DNA of 20,000 nt from an uncultured virus (IMG/VR IMGVR_UViG_3300012919_001127). Taxonomy: Duplodnaviria; Heunggongvirae; Uroviricota; Caudoviricetes. The position numbers were made by a program, and so were the translations under genes. The stretch covers positions 55,000 through 74,999 of the IMG/VR virus record IMGVR_UViG_3300012919_001127; one strand, 5' to 3'. How positions within the stretch are numbered: position 1 is the first letter of the stretch; every line of letters starts with the position of its first letter. This document shows, one piece after another, positions 16,515 to 20,000 of this stretch. The notes beneath the pieces are model-generated. The model had not been told where the DNA came from. It saw only the letters and a list, made by a program, of their open reading frames with translations, and made no database searches.

Positions 16515-16592
16515 TTAAAATACCAATACGTTAATGATTATTAAAGAAACAATCAAGAGTGCCGTGTAGTCCCAATATGGAAATTGATCCAT
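16515..16592 (-). CDS. 25-aa hydrophobic peptide, MDQFPYWDYTALLIVSLIIINVLVF (not in ORF track)
   Basis: ATG overlaps the VWA gene stop (TAATG) with GAGG upstream; its stop lies 1 nt before the next ATG; it fills the gap exactly. Confidence 0.65.
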   Translation of the reverse strand: MDQFPYWDYTALLIVSLIIINVLVF

Positions 16593-17899
16593 TAAGCCCT
16601 CTTCTTCTCGTCATAATGACAAGTGATACCAAATGGTGCCTGTAAGTTCTTGTCATGATGTGAATGAATTACAAATACTGTATCACAGTAATTATCATCA
16701 CCCCAGCTATCCCAAGGATAACCATCTGTAAACATTATGAACCTTTTAGGAAGTATATCATTTTCTTTCATGTATTCCCAGTTGGCATTAAAGTCTGTAC
16801 CACCGCCACCAGTAACTTTGTATTCACTCAGTTCACTTCCGTTGTCGGCAGTAAAATCTTGTTCATTGTAAACGGCTGTATCAAAGCACCATAATTTAAT
16901 GTTATAGTCTTTGTACTCTTGCATGATACCTTGTACTTCACCTAAGAAGTCTTCAGCTTGTTCGTTACCAATTGAACCTGACATATCAATTGCAATACAA
17001 ATATCAATAGTTTCGTCAAACTGCATACCAGGAAGGATTGCACCAGTGTGCCAACCTCTTCTGCTAGGACGAGCAAAACTGTAATCATTTCTGATTGTAC
17101 TTTGTATTTGTTGTCTAAGTATTTCTCTCCAATTCATCTTTGGTTCAGTAAGATTCTTAATCATTCTTTCAATTTCTTTAGGAGTCTTACCTGCACCAGC
17201 GGCCTGTGCCGCAGACATCATGTTCTCTTTTATTTCATCTCTAATCTTAGAAAGTTCTTCTTTGCTATAAGACGGCTTACTACCTTTGCCATCTTTACTA
17301 CCAGACTTGCTTTGACCATCACCTTTTTCCCAATCAATGTGTTCGTCAAGTAGTTTACCTAATTGTTTTAATTCTTCTTTGTCAGCTTTCTTGTAAAGCT
17401 CATCATATACTGCTTCTGAAGTCCAACCTTCATATTTAAAGTCTTGGTATATAGGAATATCTGCAGGTTTTTCACCTATGCCGTCTCTTACAAGTGTATT
17501 GTTTACGATATAGTCTGCGGCAATGTTATGAAGCATAGCATCTCTATCTTCACGTCTTGTCATATGGTCATATACACAATGAAGTATCTCATGTGCAATT
17601 ACAAATTCAACTTCTTTGTTAGACATCTTTGCAAAGAATGGAACACTATAAAACAAGTGTCTACCATCTGTTGCGGCAGTAGGACACCAATCTGTTGCTT
17701 CTTTAATAACAAGCCTTGTAGCCATGTTACCAAAGAAAGGATGTCTAAGTAATAGTCCTACCCTTGCTACGATAATTTTATCTAAAACTTCTGCTCTTAG
17801 TTCGTCTGTAATTTCAACTTCTGGGGCATTTTTAATCTCTTCCCATCTGTCTAATACTTCTTGTTCTTTTGTTGATATATTAGTTGTCATTTGTGCCAT
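16592..17899 (-). CDS. Metallopeptidase-like (HEXXH) plus VWA domain protein (DUF2201-type MoxR partner)
   Basis: TAATDG, AHEILH (HEXXH), NIAADY; C-terminal MIDAS elements IDMSGS, GGGTDF, FTDG. Confidence 0.9.
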   Translation of the reverse strand: MAQMTTNISTKEQEVLDRWEEIKNAPEVEITDELRAEVLDKIIVARVGLLLRHPFFGNMATRLVIKEATDWCPTAATDGRHLFYSVPFFAKMSNKEVEFVIAHEILHCVYDHMTRREDRDAMLHNIAADYIVNNTLVRDGIGEKPADIPIYQDFKYEGWTSEAVYDELYKKADKEELKQLGKLLDEHIDWEKGDGQSKSGSKDGKGSKPSYSKEELSKIRDEIKENMMSAAQAAGAGKTPKEIERMIKNLTEPKMNWREILRQQIQSTIRNDYSFARPSRRGWHTGAILPGMQFDETIDICIAIDMSGSIGNEQAEDFLGEVQGIMQEYKDYNIKLWCFDTAVYNEQDFTADNGSELSEYKVTGGGGTDFNANWEYMKENDILPKRFIMFTDGYPWDSWGDDNYCDTVFVIHSHHDKNLQAPFGITCHYDEKKRA

Positions 17900-17922
17900 C
17901 TTTTCCTAATTGTTATAATACT

Positions 17923-17951
17923 ATTATATGATATTTAATTGAGTTTGTCAA
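17923..17951 (-). promoter_or_regulatory. Consensus sigma70 (early) promoter TTGACA-N17-TATAAT
   Basis: -35 at 17951-17946, -10 at 17928-17923, 17-nt spacer, upstream of the AGGA RBS and ATG 17899. Confidence 0.85.
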
Positions 17952-17953
17952 CC

Positions 17954-17988
17954 AAAAAGAGTGGGGGAAAACCGAAATTTTCCCCCTA
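17954..17988 (-). terminator. Rho-independent terminator after the MoxR gene
   Basis: Minus strand reads GGGGGAAAAT-TTCG-GTTTTCCCCC then ACTCTTTTT; UUCG loop. Confidence 0.8.
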
Positions 17989-18006
17989 GTATTCCAAAAT
18001 ATTGGA

Positions 18007-19092
18007 TTACTTCTCCTGTGCGGCTTTAATATATTTGCCATATTTTTCATGGAACTCATCAAAGCACTCAACCTCATCTGGGTCGATTGGAAGTTGATAT
18101 TGTGTAAGAGCTAACTTGATACCCATAACAACTAGTTCAGTATCAAAGTTGTCCATCGCAAAACGTAAAAAGTTATTGACTTTGTCATCAAACTTCTTAT
18201 CGCTCTTATCACTGGCTTCCTTCAGCTCGTAACATAAAGATACAGTTAAGGAATACATGGCACTGATTTCTTTTGTATCTAAAGTTTTAACCTTACCAGC
18301 CAATACATCAGATGGATTAGGTAATTGAGCTGACACTTTTCTGTGTGCCATAAATTTAACGGCAAGTCCTTCGCCGACTGAACCACTAACAAGATCTGTT
18401 GTGGTTGCTTCATCGTCATCATCTTCCAAAAGCTCGGAAACAAATGACCATGAACGAGGTGTTGCAAAAGATCTACTTGGACTCTTAGGATCAAAGTCAT
18501 ACAAGTCTTTCTTTGCAAAAGTCAAGTAACCTACTACATCCTCATGGATGCTATTCTTAACTGCCCAGCTAAACCAATCATCAAAGTCCACTTTCAATTC
18601 TAAGTGTACAAATCTGTTTGCCAACGGAGCAGGCATTCTGTAAGTTACACCTTTATCTGCTTCTCTGTTACCAGCGGCAACAATCAAAACATTGTCAGGT
18701 AATTTATATGTACCAACCTTCCTGTTAAGGATAAGTTGATATGCCGCGGCCTGTACTGCCGGAGCGGCTGAATTCATTTCATCTAAGAACAATACAATCT
18801 TCTTGTACTTCTTAGCCATTTTAGCATCTGGCAATTCTGCCGGAGGTGCCCATTTCATTGTGTTATCGTTTGCCGCATAATAAGGAACACCTTTAATATC
18901 TGTTGGTTCCCATAATGACAAACGAACGTCAATCATATATGCGTCAATGTCTTCACTAATCTGTGAAACAATGTCGGACTTACCAATACCTGGAGGTCCC
19001 CATATAAAGATTGGTCTTTGTTTATTGAATGCCCTTAGGATGCTTTTCTTTGCATTGTTTGGGCTAACTTGTCTTACTGCGATGTTTTCCAC
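18007..19092 (-). CDS. MoxR-like AAA+ ATPase
   Basis: Walker A GPPGIGKS, Walker B LFLDE, sensor AAGN, Arg finger ANRF, TPRSW; GTG start with AGGAG RBS; adjacent to the VWA gene. Confidence 0.92.
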   Translation of the reverse strand: MENIAVRQVSPNNAKKSILRAFNKQRPIFIWGPPGIGKSDIVSQISEDIDAYMIDVRLSLWEPTDIKGVPYYAANDNTMKWAPPAELPDAKMAKKYKKIVLFLDEMNSAAPAVQAAAYQLILNRKVGTYKLPDNVLIVAAGNREADKGVTYRMPAPLANRFVHLELKVDFDDWFSWAVKNSIHEDVVGYLTFAKKDLYDFDPKSPSRSFATPRSWSFVSELLEDDDDEATTTDLVSGSVGEGLAVKFMAHRKVSAQLPNPSDVLAGKVKTLDTKEISAMYSLTVSLCYELKEASDKSDKKFDDKVNNFLRFAMDNFDTELVVMGIKLALTQYQLPIDPDEVECFDEFHEKYGKYIKAAQEK

Positions 19093-19148
19093 TTTGTACT
19101 CCTTTGTTTAGTTTTTCAGTGCCATACTTTATTTCTAAGTATGTATAT

Positions 19149-19177
19149 ATAATAGCACCTATTACTCAAAAGGTCAA
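19149..19177 (-). promoter_or_regulatory. sigma70-type promoter TTGACC-N17-TATTAT with extended -10 TG
   Basis: -35 at 19177-19172, -10 at 19154-19149, TGC immediately 5' of the -10, AT-rich upstream tract. Confidence 0.7.
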
Positions 19178-19218
19178 CCGGAAAATGTATTATTTTACCA
19201 AAAAAGAATCCAATAAAA

Positions 19219-19614
19219 TCAAGGGTTTACTGATTCATCTGTCCGTTTTAATGCTTTAGCCAAACCATATTTACGAACATCGCCACTGAAAAGATGCAGT
19301 TCGAGTGCCTTCTTTTCATTCGTTACAGTCAATCCTTTGTTTGTTAGGAAGTATGGACAGTCAATAAACTTGTCCAAAAATATTACAACCTGTGTTGTAA
19401 TTTTAAAATCTGGTGGAAAAGGAATATCATATGTTGCAAGTTCTAATTTTTCCATTAAGAATAACATACCCGCTTCAGTAAGACGCAAACCACCACTGTC
19501 TTTTTCTCTGGTATTCTGCCACCATACTGGCATATATTCTGCAAGGGAACTTTCGCTTATTGCAATACCGGCCTGTTTCAAGAATACCTTGGTATAGGTT
19601 TCTTTCCAGTTCAT
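19219..19614 (-). CDS. Hypothetical phage protein, 131 aa
   Basis: TAATG coupling to the upstream gene; globular composition. Confidence 0.8.
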   Translation of the reverse strand: MNWKETYTKVFLKQAGIAISESSLAEYMPVWWQNTREKDSGGLRLTEAGMLFLMEKLELATYDIPFPPDFKITTQVVIFLDKFIDCPYFLTNKGLTVTNEKKALELHLFSGDVRKYGLAKALKRTDESVNP

Positions 19615-19904
19615 TATTCTTCCTTGACTGTTTCGCCGGACGTGAGCTTGACTACTGTGAAATCTTTGACATCAAACAATTCATTTAATTTGTTTGCTAG
19701 ATTAAAAGCATGACCTGGGTTTGAAAATGACACTTTTTTATATTTAGGTCCTGGATAGTTTGTCAGTGTGTTAGAGCTTTTTAAATTAAAAGGTTTATCC
19801 TTATAAAATACTGCCCAAATGGCTTCCGCATCAAGTACCTGTTCGGACTTGTAAGTTTTTCTATTAATGTTTTCTAAAACAACTGTTGGTTTAGGTCTAC
19901 TCAT
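19614..19904 (-). CDS. Hypothetical phage protein, 96 aa
   Basis: AAGGA RBS; ATAAATA motif upstream. Confidence 0.8.
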   Translation of the reverse strand: MSRPKPTVVLENINRKTYKSEQVLDAEAIWAVFYKDKPFNLKSSNTLTNYPGPKYKKVSFSNPGHAFNLANKLNELFDVKDFTVVKLTSGETVKEE

Positions 19905-19923
19905 ATTAACTTCCTTATACTAA

Positions 19924-19930
19924 TATTTAT
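19924..19930 (-). promoter_or_regulatory. Late-promoter-like ATAAATA
   Basis: 7/8 match to TATAAATA, 19 nt upstream of ATG 19904. Confidence 0.6.
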
Positions 19931-19969
19931 CTCAGTAAAGGAGTAATATACGTAGTTTATTGGATTATG

Positions 19970-20000
19970 CTACCAGTTCTTACCACCATCTACGGTAACA
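19970..20000 (-). CDS. Probable 3' end of an upstream gene (...VTVDGGKNW*)
   Basis: Open frame entering from the window edge and ending at TAG 19972-19970; too short to confirm. Confidence 0.4.
   Translation of the reverse strand, partial: VTVDGGKNW

Noticed and set aside
16664..19597. Short alternative-frame ORFs inside the VWA, MoxR and 19219 genes
   Set aside because: They overlap strongly supported genes, lack RBS or motifs, and are expected by chance.
1..20000. Stop-codon reassignment, as seen in some large phages
   Set aside because: Genes are full length and tightly packed under the standard code; TAA, TAG and TGA all end genes at coupled junctions.
1..20000. tRNA, CRISPR array, intron/intein or mobile element
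   Set aside because: Intergenic gaps are all under about 130 nt and are explained by promoters, a terminator or small ORFs; no repeat-spacer pattern, cloverleaf, transposase or homing-endonuclease motif was seen.

Overview
AT-rich, densely packed window that is most likely from a large T4-like tailed phage. This is inferred from a perfect TATAAATA late promoter before a fibre-like structural gene, consensus sigma70 early promoters, a MoxR AAA+/VWA-metallopeptidase pair and pervasive stop/start overlaps. The left ~13.5 kb is a biosynthetic-style island with six radical SAM enzymes carrying SPASM/twitch-type auxiliary Cys motifs in three architectures. It also encodes a glycosyltransferase-like protein, HAD phosphatase, nucleotidyltransferase, methyltransferase-like protein, two short SDR-like oxidoreductases, a minimal kinase-like protein, a 2OG-Fe(II) oxygenase, several tiny membrane proteins and a 487-aa orphan. 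The island has three arms (+, -, +); the second and third diverge from a 35-bp spacer holding two crossed late-promoter-like motifs. The right ~6.5 kb (all minus strand) holds an Mtd-N-like fibre protein, small hypothetical proteins and the MoxR/VWA pair. Two translationally coupled small ORFs missed by the ORF track were found (41 aa ending DPWNWTGFGGG; 25 aa hydrophobic). All family calls come from motif recognition only; no database searches were run and the product of the island is unknown.
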